Source: Styela clava (taxonomy: Eukaryota). From it: a stretch of DNA of 64,000 nt. Below are positions 39,801-52,100 of the stretch, one piece after another. Made by a program: the position numbers and the translations under genes. The stretch is from positions 16,306,001 to 16,370,000 of the forward strand of contig NC_135257.1 in the NCBI RefSeq assembly GCF_964204865.1. Reading direction: 5' to 3'. Every line of letters begins with the position of its first letter. The stretch's first letter is position 1. Under the pieces are notes generated by a model. That model had not been told where the DNA came from. It did not search any database and saw only the letters and a list, made by a program, of their open reading frames with translations.

Positions 39801-42800
39801 GAAATGGGCTGCTTTCTGGGAACTGTTTGTAATTTGCAATGTGAGGTTGGGTATATAAGCAATGGTCCAACGTTCACATCGTGCGATCTTGAGAGAAATG
39901 AAAAATCAACATCGTGGTATCCAGCATTGGATAATATCTGTGAAAAAAGTAATCAAATAGTGCATTTCCCTAACTTTTTTTTGTTAAATTTCTCATTTTG
40001 TTTCTTCCTGAACTCTTTATCTCCCCTCCCAGTGCATAAAACCTCCTTATTTGTTCGAACTTTAATAGATCCGCTTCTAATGTTATGCGCGAGTCGCAGA
40101 TTTTTGTACGATTAATGGTTTGATTATTTGTTCATCAAAAGTATTTAGTAGTAAAAATGAAAAAAAAACTAAATATATTAGTAATAGTAGAGCGAATGCA
40201 TAGCAAAATTCTCCCTGGGAAAGAATTTCTCCACGGTTGGAAACATTGAAATAATGAGTTAGTCAATGTGTATTTTTGTAACAAATGTCTATGTTTTATG
40301 ACAGAAATTGGTTGCCATCCATTCCAAGTTAACAATGGAGTTGTTGAATGCTTTGGACCCGAAGGAGAAAGTGGACTTGGTTCGCAATGTCACACAACCT
40401 GTATGTACGGTTTAAGTTTGAACGGTCCTAAAGTGAGATATTGTCTTAACAACGGTCAATGGTCGGGTTATGCTCCCATTTGTACAGGCAAGTTTTGCTA
40501 TTCATTTCTTGAATAACCGTTATTACCGGAACCGTTATTCTCAAGAAATATTTTGGTGTAATAACCATAGTTTTCAGCTGTTATATCGTCGAATATCCTA
40601 TATCCAAATATGTTTGTATTGGTATTTCAGTACAGTTTTAGTAACTGAATTGTTTTAATTTTTTTTACATATATGTTTTCCACTACAGCAAGCTTTTGCG
40701 AAGATATAATACCACCTTTGAATGGAAGATATATATGTACTCCAAACTTCAAAACAAAATGGATTGGTACACACTGCGATGTTGAATGCTTTCCTGGTTT
40801 CGAAATGGTCATGGGTTCTTCAAGAAGAAATTGCCTTGACAGCGGATTATGGGACGGCACACTAGCTCTATGCGCAGGTCGGCAATACTTCCACCATTTA
40901 ATAAAAAACCTTACGAGTATTCTTCGTATAAAAGTCGAGTACAAATCTGCTGTGAATGAGTGCTGCTGGTTCGTTTTTTGGCGCTGTTCAAGTACATCAT
41001 TAGTTTTTCGAATCTCAGATAAAGAGCTTGTACGTGAACTGTCCAATAGTTTCTACACTACAGTTACACAGATGTACTAGTTTGAACATACTTCCAAAAA
41101 GATCTTTTTTTTTTAATTTATCCCCATCTATGGGACGCCACGCCAGCTCTATGTGCAGGTTGTCAACCATTTATTAGAACAACAATCTTCCGAGTATTCT
41201 TTGTATAAATGTCATGTACGAATCTGCTTTGATTGAGTTTTCTGGCGCTGTTTGAGTACATCTGTGATTCTTGTTAAACTTTGGTTTCGATTTGTGGATT
41301 TATTGTTTAACACAGTTTAAATATTTGACAAATTTATTGGTCGTTACGTCAAATGGCCCACTTCGGGGTGTGCAATCTACGGCCCGCGGGCAAGTGCGGC
41401 CCACAAGAAAAAATTGTGCAGCCCGCGGAGAAGTGAATGATGTGCGGCCCGCGAAACGATTTTTGTTTTATTTAGTTCAATTTAGTATGTGCGAGTTATT
41501 CTCTTTGCGTCGCAAAGCCTATACCTGAATTCAATTTATCATGTCTATAACGTTGCGCTACCTTGTGCGAAGCCAACAACGCATGTCCTAAGATCATTAA
41601 CCAAACTTTTTGTGTCTGCAACTACTAGGAAGCCTATGTTATTAAATAAAATATGCGATCCGCGGTTTCGTTCAGTTATTTATATCTGCTCTCCTGTATT
41701 AAAGGTTGCACACCCCTGGCTCATTTAATAAGCATACTTAACATACAAATTGCGCAAGAAAGAAATTTTTGGTAATTGTAGAAAGTTATATATTAAATTA
41801 GCTAATGGAAATCTCCATTGCCTATAATAATATTAGATAAAGAGCTATCATTTGTACGTGAACTCTGCAGAATTTAAACACAAGTTCAAAAAACTATTTT
41901 CAATTTATCCCTTCTACAGCTACTTGCGAACCACCGCAACCTCCACCACGCGGATCAATAAGTTGTGTTGATATAGCTGAGATTGATGGTTACACATCTG
42001 CATGTAAAATTACATGTGATCCTGGTTATCAATTAATTGGACAAGATGTTAGGCTATGCAATACCTCGGGAATATGGTCTGGAGAAAGTTCCAAATGTGT
42101 CGGTAAGTTTCAATTTATACGTTTTTCCAGACAGCGTGATTGAAAATGTAATAAATTATTTGTAGAAAGTGAAATGTTTTCTTTTTTATTTAACATGTAG
42201 GATAGATGTGAACGCCTCACAATACATGATATGCCATGCTGGTGTAACTACAGACGAGATTTTGATTTTATGCAAATTAATTTTGAAGGCTGTCCTATGC
42301 TACATCACCACGTTTGAATAACCATTCATACGGCTCATTTATTTGAAATCTGACTGTAACTCCAATATAAGTGAAAATATAATTTGCCTATAAATATGTG
42401 ATATATATAATAAGACACAAGTATTTTAATAATTATGTGCCTCGCTTATGTAGTGTCGACAACATGTCCAGTTCTCCAAACACCATTGAACGGGAAAATA
42501 GAATGTGTTGGTGACAATTCAGCTGCAGGAAAAACGTCTTGCAAAACAAGTTGTTTCCCGGGGTTTTCATTATATGGAGATGAAATTAGATCCTGTGAAA
42601 CAGACGGGACTTGGTCAGGAGAAGAAACGACCTGTGTTGGTAAGTTGAATAATGTACTAAAATTTCCTATGTGTGTTTTTGTGTGTGTGCGTTGACATTT
42701 TGAAGGAACGCTAACCCAACTAAAAAACTGATACTTTTTTGATGATTGGCTGAATATTGCTATGCGTACAGTTGTAACAATAGCAAAATGAAAGATAAAA

Positions 42801-45800
42801 TCTAATTGGAGTTAAGCTTTAGTCTTATCTAGATTGTCATTGCTAATTACACACTTTCGGTTTAAACTCCATGCCTAACCCCCGGAGGGCCACAAAATGG
42901 AAGGATATGCCTATTCGGTCATTCAAAAAAAAATAGCTCTTTACATATATATTATTAGATATCGGTGGTGGACCTCCTGAAGTATGCGCACCAAGATGGC
43001 GCACAGCCTGAACTCGGGTTGTGTACCAGTTTAGGGTTCAGGTTGTGCGACATCTTGGTGCGCATACTTCAGGAGTACCATCGGTGGATACTTGATGCTT
43101 ATAGCGAATGGCGGTAATAATAGTCGTATACAAATAGTATATATATGGTTATGTATTTCTTTTCAGAAACATGCTCGGTGCCTCCCACGGTTAAAAATGG
43201 AGAGTTTCAATGCCAACAGATTAAAACAAATTCATTGTATCAAACATTCTGTCGACTCGAATGTATGACAGGCTATAGACTTGAAGGAAAAATATTTGAA
43301 ACGAATTGTGATTCAACTGGAAGATGGACAGATATGGATGGAATGTGTCGACGTAAGAACGCTCGTAGGATTTAGTTTCTTCTCCTATTCGATTTATCGT
43401 TAGATAAAAATACACATACATCCACCCAACTGTGCTATAGAATAAGACAAAGATCCTTCCGACTCGATCAATAAATACATCGACGACCCTAGCACTCGTT
43501 TCTTTCCTTACTCCATAACATATCGGCTATATATGCGACAAGCCGGTGCATGCAATGCCTTTTTGAGCTGGAAATAAAAATTTGACGCCGTTTACATGAA
43601 ACAGGAATGAGCCAAAAATTTAATGCTGTGATTAAACCTTATTAAATTTATCAGGGATTACTTGCCCGAAATTACCCAATCACGATGGCAACACTTTGGT
43701 CTGTTCCCCGGGAGAACTCGAGGACGGCGATTTCCCGGTTGGTTCTGAATGCAGAACAATCTGTAATAATTATAAAGCGTCCGCTCATGCATGGCAGCAC
43801 AAAAAGATATGTACGGATAAAGGAACTTGGATCGGACCAGATGCTGCTTGTCCTGGTAAATTTTGTTGATATATATATTTGATGTTACACATCGTTACGA
43901 ATCTGGCATAAATATATAACAAAAAGTAACTATTTTATTTTATCATTTTTACCCAATGACATTCAAGTAATATGTCTCATTTTATCGAATATAAATTTAG
44001 GTAGAATCAACTATTGGCCCTCTGCATTTGTTACCTTCCAATTTAATTTTAACACTTTCAACCGTTGCCGTAGAAGTACAGCTATCTAAGACTGGAATTC
44101 TCGGATACAACTTTTTTAACTTGACATAACTATCATAATTTCAATGACATTTTTACCTTTGTAGAAACATGTATATATAATTAGAATTGATATCAAATGC
44201 AGTATTAAGAGGCATTAAATGAGGCGCAATAATTGAAATATCTGTAACCAAATCTTCTTTTCATAGTGGATTGTGAGTGGTCATGGAGCGCTTGGAGTAC
44301 ATGCGGATATAATGGGAAGAGAACTCAAAAAGTCATTGTAGGAATTCCGTCCAAAAACGGAGGAAGGCAGTGTCCACAAAAAATTATCAACGAGAAGGGT
44401 AACTTATTTAAATATTAGACAAAGATTCCACGTACATGTATTGTTCGTAATAGTTAGCAATGCAATGCCCAATTTCAATGTGACCGAGGTTTTGCTAGGT
44501 TATGTAAAGTGAATGTGCTACATGCTCTTAAATAACTGACAAGGGTGGTCTATGCACTAGTGGAAGCTTGGTAAAACTTCTTTCATTCTTTTAAGTGGAA
44601 CGATATTCTTCAACATGAAAAACTGCTATATTAAATTTTATTAATTTCGTTCAAGCGGGGAAACAATTTTAGTTTTCGGGTCTTCGAAACAAATTATAGT
44701 TTTGAAATTTAAGTTTTTTAACAAATGCCTTGTTAAACGATTACGGTCAATTATTTGCATCGGTTTAATGATTTTGATTATTTTGCAGAATGTTGTAAAG
44801 TTGAATATGCGTCACTGGATGGAATCTGTTATACATTCCACTGTGAAAATCAGACATGGTCAGCGGCAGAAGAAAACTGTAAATTGGCAGGTGGTCAGCT
44901 GGTCAAAGTTGATACAATCAGAAAACACCAGTTTTTACAGGTAATATATATATCATTTAGTATCACAATGGATCACCTCGAAAACTCAATTTTAAGGTAG
45001 TTTTAAAACAATTATTTGGTCGATTAGCTTTAAACAATAATATTATTATATTAAAATAATACTATGATTGCGTCCAGTGTGCTGTTGTTACGTCCAAGTT
45101 ACTTTTGCCTTAATCGTCAATTTATGTTAATTTCATTTTCAGCAAATAATGGAATTAAAAAATCTTCCGGACGCTTGGATAGGATTGTCTGCTAAAGATG
45201 GAAACTTTGTGTGGGCTGATGGAGATTCATTGGGAGAATTTCACAGATGGTTTGAACGTGACGGACTTCACAAGCAACCAGATAACTACAGGTAAGAAAT
45301 ATATATATACATAAACTATGGGTGGTCGCTTGAAAACAGAGAAAATTTGTCAAACAGCTAATTATTTTTACAAAGAATAGACTCCGGAAGAGTTTGGCAA
45401 GAACGACTCCAACTCCACATTCCTGACTGAAACCAAAATAATTTTTGGTCAGTATGCCAGATTGCTCGAACTTTTTTTTATATATATAGTATATACCTTA
45501 CATTTATAAATATCCAGGCTTGTCCATGGGACATATTTTTCTGTCTCATACCATGGGGATTTCATTCCCATTGACAACCCTGTCGTTGTCCAACCACGAA
45601 ATAAACAATAGATACAAGAGAGAGTAAAAAACATTCAAAAGGTAAAAAAAAGTATGAAGATTAAGATTCACTCTGACGTATTCAAGTTGCAGGGACATGG
45701 CTACTGTTTCGCGTGGAATATAAATGTGTGCCGTACCATCCCGTGGGATTCCCATAGACAAGCATACATAGTGAATTTCAAAATTGATGAATTTCATTGC

Positions 45801-46029
45801 CGTTACTTATTATATATTAAAGGTACAAATTCCAAATAATTTACAAGCGTTCGTGAGCAATGTGAAATTAATCTATTTGTTTTTCAGAAAATCGGAAGGA
45901 TGCGTGAAGATGACGTCAGCATGGCCAAAAAGTGTTCGTTACTCTAGCAACTTCGATTGGAACGACGTGGACTGCTACACTTATGCTAATTACATTTGTG
46001 AGAAAAAATCTGATGATTGCAAAAATTGA
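27846..46029 (+). CDS. Secreted mosaic protein, ~1858 aa, 37 coding exons: signal peptide - Ly6/uPAR-like domain - 23 sushi/CCP - TSP1 - C-type lectin
   Basis: Exons: 27846-27906, 28116-28228, 28768-28946, 29364-29413, 29499-29670, 30206-30305, 30773-30926, 31283-31448, 31539-31641, 32390-32543, 33295-33466, 33545-33647, 33978-34131, 34272-34437, 34750-34852, 34955-35108, 35502-35684, 36035-36220, 36313-36481, 36755-36851, 37289-37439, 37667-37852, 37988-38170, 38540-38725, 38978-39149, 39585-39687, 39795-39948, 40305-40487, 40689-40877, 41920-42102, 42454-42639, 43167-43352, 43655-43855, 44267-44398, 44789-44940, 45143-45291, 45888-46029. These sum to 5577 nt in one open frame with all phases compatible. 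No TM segment seen. Confidence 0.88.
28151..29400 (+). other. Ly6/uPAR-like (three-finger) domain exons of the mosaic protein
   Basis: FCYVCDN...ECN...ECQPSQSSCLTEIR...ITKRCKQ..AC...QC...VCRHCCKDDKIHGCN; terminal CC-x-CN signature. Confidence 0.7.
28505..28614. mobile_element. 110-bp palindromic MITE; second copy at 42970-43079
   Basis: GGACCTCCTGA(G/A)GTATGCGCACCAAGATG ... TTGGTGCGCATACTT..GGAGTACC, flanked by 8-bp AAAAAAAC on both sides. Termini are related to the 210-bp family. Confidence 0.85.
41364..41718. mobile_element. hAT-type MITE; oppositely oriented copy at 48157-48469
   Basis: CGGGGTGTGCAA ... TTGCACACCCCTG ends. Degenerate 8-bp flanks GCCCACTT/GCTCATTT here and TATTACAT/TAGTACAT at the 48-kb copy. 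Confidence 0.75.
44267..44398 (+). other. Thrombospondin type-1 (spondin-like) domain exon
   Basis: VDCEWSWSAWSTC...KRTQK...PSKNGGRQCP. Confidence 0.8.
44789..46029 (+). other. C-type lectin domain (3 exons), galactose-type motif
   Basis: CYTF...TWSAAEENC...GGQLV, AWIGL, FVWADG, QPDN, EGCV, WNDVDC...YICE. Confidence 0.9.
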
Positions 46030-46032
46030 AAT

Positions 46033-46038
46033 AATAAA
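46033..46038 (+). promoter_or_regulatory. Candidate polyadenylation signal AATAAA
   Basis: Lies immediately after the TGA of the mosaic gene. The AT-rich background makes chance occurrence possible. Confidence 0.35.
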
Positions 46039-49000
46039 CTATGCACTTTCATTACTTGCTTCAATGTCTGTCACTTGTTAGTCGTACCACATCATTCAAT
46101 ATTTAAATATTACAATTGTATTTTTATTTCATATAGAGGGAATGGAACTCCCGTAGTTTACCAGGTCAGGGTTAGGCCATAATTTTATTCCGATTTTTAT
46201 CATTACGAGTTCGGGGACTGTTTGCGTTAGCCAAGTGAATATACCCTCTGCTCATAGGTTTCAGTCCCTTTACATAACTTGATGTAACATAGGCTGATTG
46301 CATGAACCGACATATGGGCGACGAGTGCGATCATCTTTCGCATATAATTATGTCGTGAAAAGTTTCAACCTGATTTATTGATTGGACACGAAATGGGCCT
46401 ATGGATTGTTTTGTTATTATGTTGATATTCTTGTTGTGATAAAATCGCTTTCCTATGTAACTACTGGGCCAATTTCCAATGATTAAATACTGTTGTTGTC
46501 GCTAGAAGACTATTTCGCTCATTTATTTCTCTGGGATTCTGGGATTCGTTTTGTGGCGGTTCCGGCTTTGCGATTCAGTCGAATTCGGGAAGACGACGAT
46601 ACCTTTACGTATTCGATACCGGTGCTATTTCGTTTTAGTTCCCGTGTCCAAATATTTGAGCATTGCTCTCGTGTTTTTCTATTAATACGTATCTGTTAAG
46701 TTGAATGGTAATTAATGAATTTTTCCGATGTTGAAAGTCGGAATATTTTTGAATGAAGAATGAAGAAGAAACTGCTGAAGAAGCAACTTCATTGAAACTG
46801 ATTGAACTCGCACTGCGTCACAACGCCTAGTGGTAGTTTATTTAAAAACATTTCATCCTAATTTGTTTATCATTGATTTTTGCAGTTCGACGATGCTTCT
46901 AATTTCAATCCCAATGGATATTTCCCCGAGCATCGATTTCCGTAACAATGACCATTCAGCAAAAGTCTACGGTGACATAACAGTTGTTATTTTTTTTTCA
47001 GCCGCTCATACTTCGTTCAGATAGATATTCACGCATGGATGTAAACATTGCCTCGTTTTTCGTCAGTTTTCAGTAATCAAAAATTAGTCTCGGAAAAGCT
47101 GCGATAGATTAGGCCAAAATTAGCTATTACCTATTAGTACGTGTAAGCGGCACGAGGTTGAACATGATGGTTTGGAGCATGTAAATCAGTTTGTAAGTAT
47201 CAACTCTCTAAAACACCCGCAAAGTGAGCATTCAAAATTTTTCAATAGTAAAGTATGGGGAGAATTTTTCTGAGGTCTTGGTCGGGGAACATCTATCAAG
47301 GAAATCTCTCTAAAGTCTTAACAGAACAAAAACTTTTGCTCCGACATCACCTTTTTCACAGCAGCCTCTATCAATAGCATTATATTTTCGTAGGAAGGCC
47401 ACAAAAAAAAACAAAAGTTCTTCACAAGCACCACATTTCAAATACCAAAATTGTGAATATAACTAATGCAATAGCTCAGTACAGATCATATCTTAATACT
47501 ATGGGTAATTAATGACACAGGGTAATGGTTGTCATGCTACGCCATGACCAAGCAAATATTATTATTTGAAAATTTTCGTTGAACCAATAAACACTGCAAA
47601 TGAAAAAACTAAGGAACCACATGGTAGAAAACCATAAAACTTGAACCTGCACAAAATTAAACGAGAGGTAATGCAAGTACGTCAACTGCGACGAATTTAA
47701 TAATTCTTTAAAAACACAATACATAAACTTGAGTGCAGTAACATATGGGTGACCACGACTAGATTACGAGCTTGCATGTAGACCAAATTGCAGCAGAACT
47801 GCATTCTACCTGCCATGTTAACTATAATAGAAATATTTACTGAATTCAGTCAAATTAAAAAGCTTTGAGAAGCATTTGAAAAAGGACCTTGAGAAATTTG
47901 GACAGGGTTCCATGATCCAGAAGAGTATAATTGGGCTGAGAATAGTCCTAATCAAAACTCAAATAGATATATAGAAAAAAAGTAGAACATATTTCTTTGA
48001 GTAAATAAGAATAGTTAAAATTCTCCAAAACATATTTCAACTTTGCCCGACTGTGTGCCACCACAAAGCACATATAATGCAATAGCAAGAATAATTACAA
48101 AATAAATGATAATTTCCATATATTTCTGGCAAGACTGCTTAATCAATATATTACATCAGGAATGTGCAACTTTTAATACAGCGGGGCCAAATACAAATAA
48201 GTGGTTGAAACCGTGGGCCGCACCTTTATCCAAGATATTAGGCTTTCTATTAGCTGCAGGCACAAAAAGGAAACTGTAACGTCATAGATAATAAATGAAC
48301 TCGGTGTTATAAGCTTTGCAAGGCAAAGGGATTGGGATACTCGCACGTACCAGATTAAACTAAATTAAAAACTCATTTCGTGAGCTGCACATGATTCCAA
48401 ATTGGCACTTCCCCGTGGGCCGCACAATTTTCCCTTGTGGGCCACATTTGGCAGGTTTTCACACCCCTGTAGTACATTATTATTACTTTGTGTCCAACTT
48501 TTAACGATCTATTCAAAACTCACGACCCTTCACAGATGAAGAATCAAATCTACTTAATATAAATCTTTGTGTTCAGATAGATCAAAAAATAGGCGCTCCA
48601 GAAGTTTGTGTACCAATATAGAGGTAACTAATTTTGTTCGCCTATTCCACATCAGGTTGTGTAAAGGAATGGAAAGCTATGGGCAAGGGGTAAATTCACT
48701 TGGCTAACATGGAACTCTAACAGAACTAAAATAAAGAAAATTATAATAAAATAATGGTCTAACCCCAACTTGGTACACACACTACGGGAGTTCCAAAAAA
48801 ATAATTACTATAGGTGCCTGTTCTTCCAAGACTGCAGGCATTGTTTCAAACATTTATGTTTTTCAAGAGACTGCCCACTCATTTGTCATCAAAAAGGCAC
48901 ATGTGGTGTGGGGTAATGTCTTGAAAAGCACGTATGTCAAGGTTGTTGAAATGACAGTATTGGGCTTTGGTGAAGAATATTTTCAAGCAAAATTAAATAA

Positions 49001-49120
49001 ATATACATTGCATAATATCAGTGAACAAAATCTAACTCTTCTACTACAGCGACAATATCTATTGGCTGAGAAGACGATAGTACTGCACAAATGCCGGACG
49101 GATACACAACTATTATCTCA

Positions 49121-52100
49121 TCAACTAATCAACATGTCCTAAAAAACAGAAAAAAAAATAATGTTAATCAAGGATCAAACTCAAACATATGAACACCAAT
49201 CTCTTACAACCTAAAAGTCTATGCCACTGTTTCCCAACCTGTGGGTCGTGACCCAAAGCTGGATCGCATAATAATTTTTTTTCGCCTGTTTTTTCAACAA
49301 AAACCTGAAAGTTAATTGATTTTACCTTCTAGTAAATTTCATTGCTTATCTTGTATTTGGCATTGAAGTATTGCTCAATAGTAATGGGAAGTATCACAGC
49401 ATTAAATTTGTGAGTATCTATATTCTAAGTGATGCCACCTTACAATTTCAATACTCGTTGATGGTAAATAAGAGCATGTTCTCACTTTGAGGTAATTTCT
49501 GGAGAAATTGAATGTAATGTAACAACAAGGCCACGCAACAAAAATGATATTTGTCAATCATACCTCATCTGAATCATCATGATATGAAATGCTACTATTT
49601 CCATTTGGACGAGGCGTTGTACCATTCACAGCACCATCTTCCATAAGTGAGTTCGATTCTGCTCCAGTACCATAACTTGCTGCATGTTCAGATGTTGGTA
49701 ACGGAACATACTTTACTCGTTTTCCACTAAAACAATAATTAAAATTTTTTATGTTAAAGATTATGAGAGAGGAAATATTTGTAGTTTGTCCCGCAGAAAC
49801 CTAATCGATAACTGAATATACTCAGTTATCTGGGAAATCACTAGGCAGAAACACAATAAAAAACAATGCATAACAACTGAGTGAAATTCAGCACATATTC
49901 ATGTAAGTGCCTTTATGATGTTTTCTATACTATCTATGATTATAGACCACCCGATAAAAACAAACAAAACTTGTATATAATATAAGTTATAACATATTTG
50001 GCAGACTGATACAAATTGAAATATATATTCTATATTCTCAATAACTTCTTCAAAGGGTATATCTGGTTAAAGTTTCATGTGCATATAGAATTCATTTTTC
50101 TAGTTAGTGTATCAATAAAACATATTTAAAATCAAGTTACCTCATTTGACGTTTTCTGACAATATATACAAGTGCAAGGATGAGAACAACGACAACAAAT
50201 ACCAAGAAAACTATTACTCCTGGAGATGTCGATTTCTTTGTTTCTCCAGATGGATGATATTGTGAAAAATTATCCTTATCGACACCAAAATCATCTTTCT
50301 TCTCTTCACTCTGAAAGATTTTTTTAATAAAAAAAATTTTATGATATAATAAGTAAAAACAATTAACATTGAAGCGAAGCCTCAATTTTATAAAAAATTT
50401 CCAATAGATGTCATCATGGATTTCACAGATTTGCTCTTAGCAAGGCTTTACACAAGTAAATACCGAGACATGGGAACACAGAGTGTTTCAAATGCAGCAT
50501 AGGACATTTCATTCATGCAACATCGGGTAGTGAGTCTAGATCACTGTTGAGCCATGGCCCACTGCTGGGCCAAAGAATCATTTTTAGGTGGGGCCATAAG
50601 CTATTAAAAATTGCTACATAAATTTAGTTGAATTTGATTGTCATAGCAATGAATGATGATGTGGTTTTTTGCACTGAGTGATAATTTTCATTTCATTTAT
50701 TAGTGTTTTTGGATGAAAGGGAATTAATGTAAAAATTTTTCTCGTAGTTTTCCCCTTGCATAAGAAGGTTAATGGGCCACAGGATTTTTCGTGCAACAAA
50801 AGTGGGCCACAGAAAAAAGGGTTGAGAACCACTGGTCTGAAATGAACAATTTCAATAAATTTCTATAATGAGAGATTTTGAATATTCAGTGGCTGCTAAA
50901 CTAGAATCTTGTCTGGAGCATCATGTTGATCTTCGCTCTATGATCAGTAAATTATCAAATAACTTTAATACTCACAGGTTTGCACTTTTTATGCAAAGGA
51001 ATGACTTGTGAATTTGGAGTGAAACCGCCCTGACATTTATCTCCTGGTATTTTCCGATAACCTTTTGTTTTTATAATTTCATCTTGATCTTTCTTACAAA
51101 TATCTATATGTGTTGCCTGAAAATCTCCATCCCTGACACAATCAAAGCCTTCTCGAACATAACCATAATCACTGTAAATACGGAAGAGATTTTTAAATCT
51201 TCCCAGCAAACATACAATATAAGACAATATACACAAGCATGATAGTGCTAACTTATCACATGAACATAATAGTTTAGACATCCAATATTAGAGATCTTAG
51301 TTTCAAGTTTTATTTAGTGATCAGATACATAAGCAAAAACACAATGGAAAGAGATCAAACTTGGGTTTTTCTGATAAATCTCCTCAATTAGAAAGAAATA
51401 GTCACAAAGTTGCTACGAAGTTGCCATATTTACCACAAATAATCTGTCTTCTGGCATTGACATGGCTTCAATGTTACTGCATTCTGATATTGTTTGCCAT
51501 TGATACAAACAGTACCTTTCTTCCTTCTATTGAAAATCACATCAGCACCTAGAAGACAACTATCTTCTCCATATTCTTTGTTCGATTCATGAGCTTTCCA
51601 GTCTTGATAATCACTCTTTTGACCTAGAAAATGATGAAACACAAAACTTCAAAATGATAAAACTCAGGAGAGATGAGAATTTTTTTTAATAGTTAAAAGT
51701 CTTACTGTCTATATTAAAAAAAATCATTTAGATTTTTTATTCCAATCAGAGTGAATCCAAATCTGCTCAACAATTGTTTAAAATTACTATAATAATGTTT
51801 TGGTATTGAATCATTGTTCTGAATATTCATTTAAAAAATAATTTGAAGGTTGAATTTGCAATTTCATAACCATTCATTTGACACAATTCATGCTCTTTCA
51901 CTATTGCATAGTCAAGCTTCGAAAATACAAAATAATATTATCGTTGTCATCAGGGACATCCAAAATAAGCCGATCACCCAAATACATTCAGAATTAATAA
52001 TAAAAATATAATCATTTGCGCAAAATCCTTCATTGAACGTGAATTCAAAAACCATAGCTTCCATTCAACGCTATAAACCTGATGGTGGCAAACTACGGCC

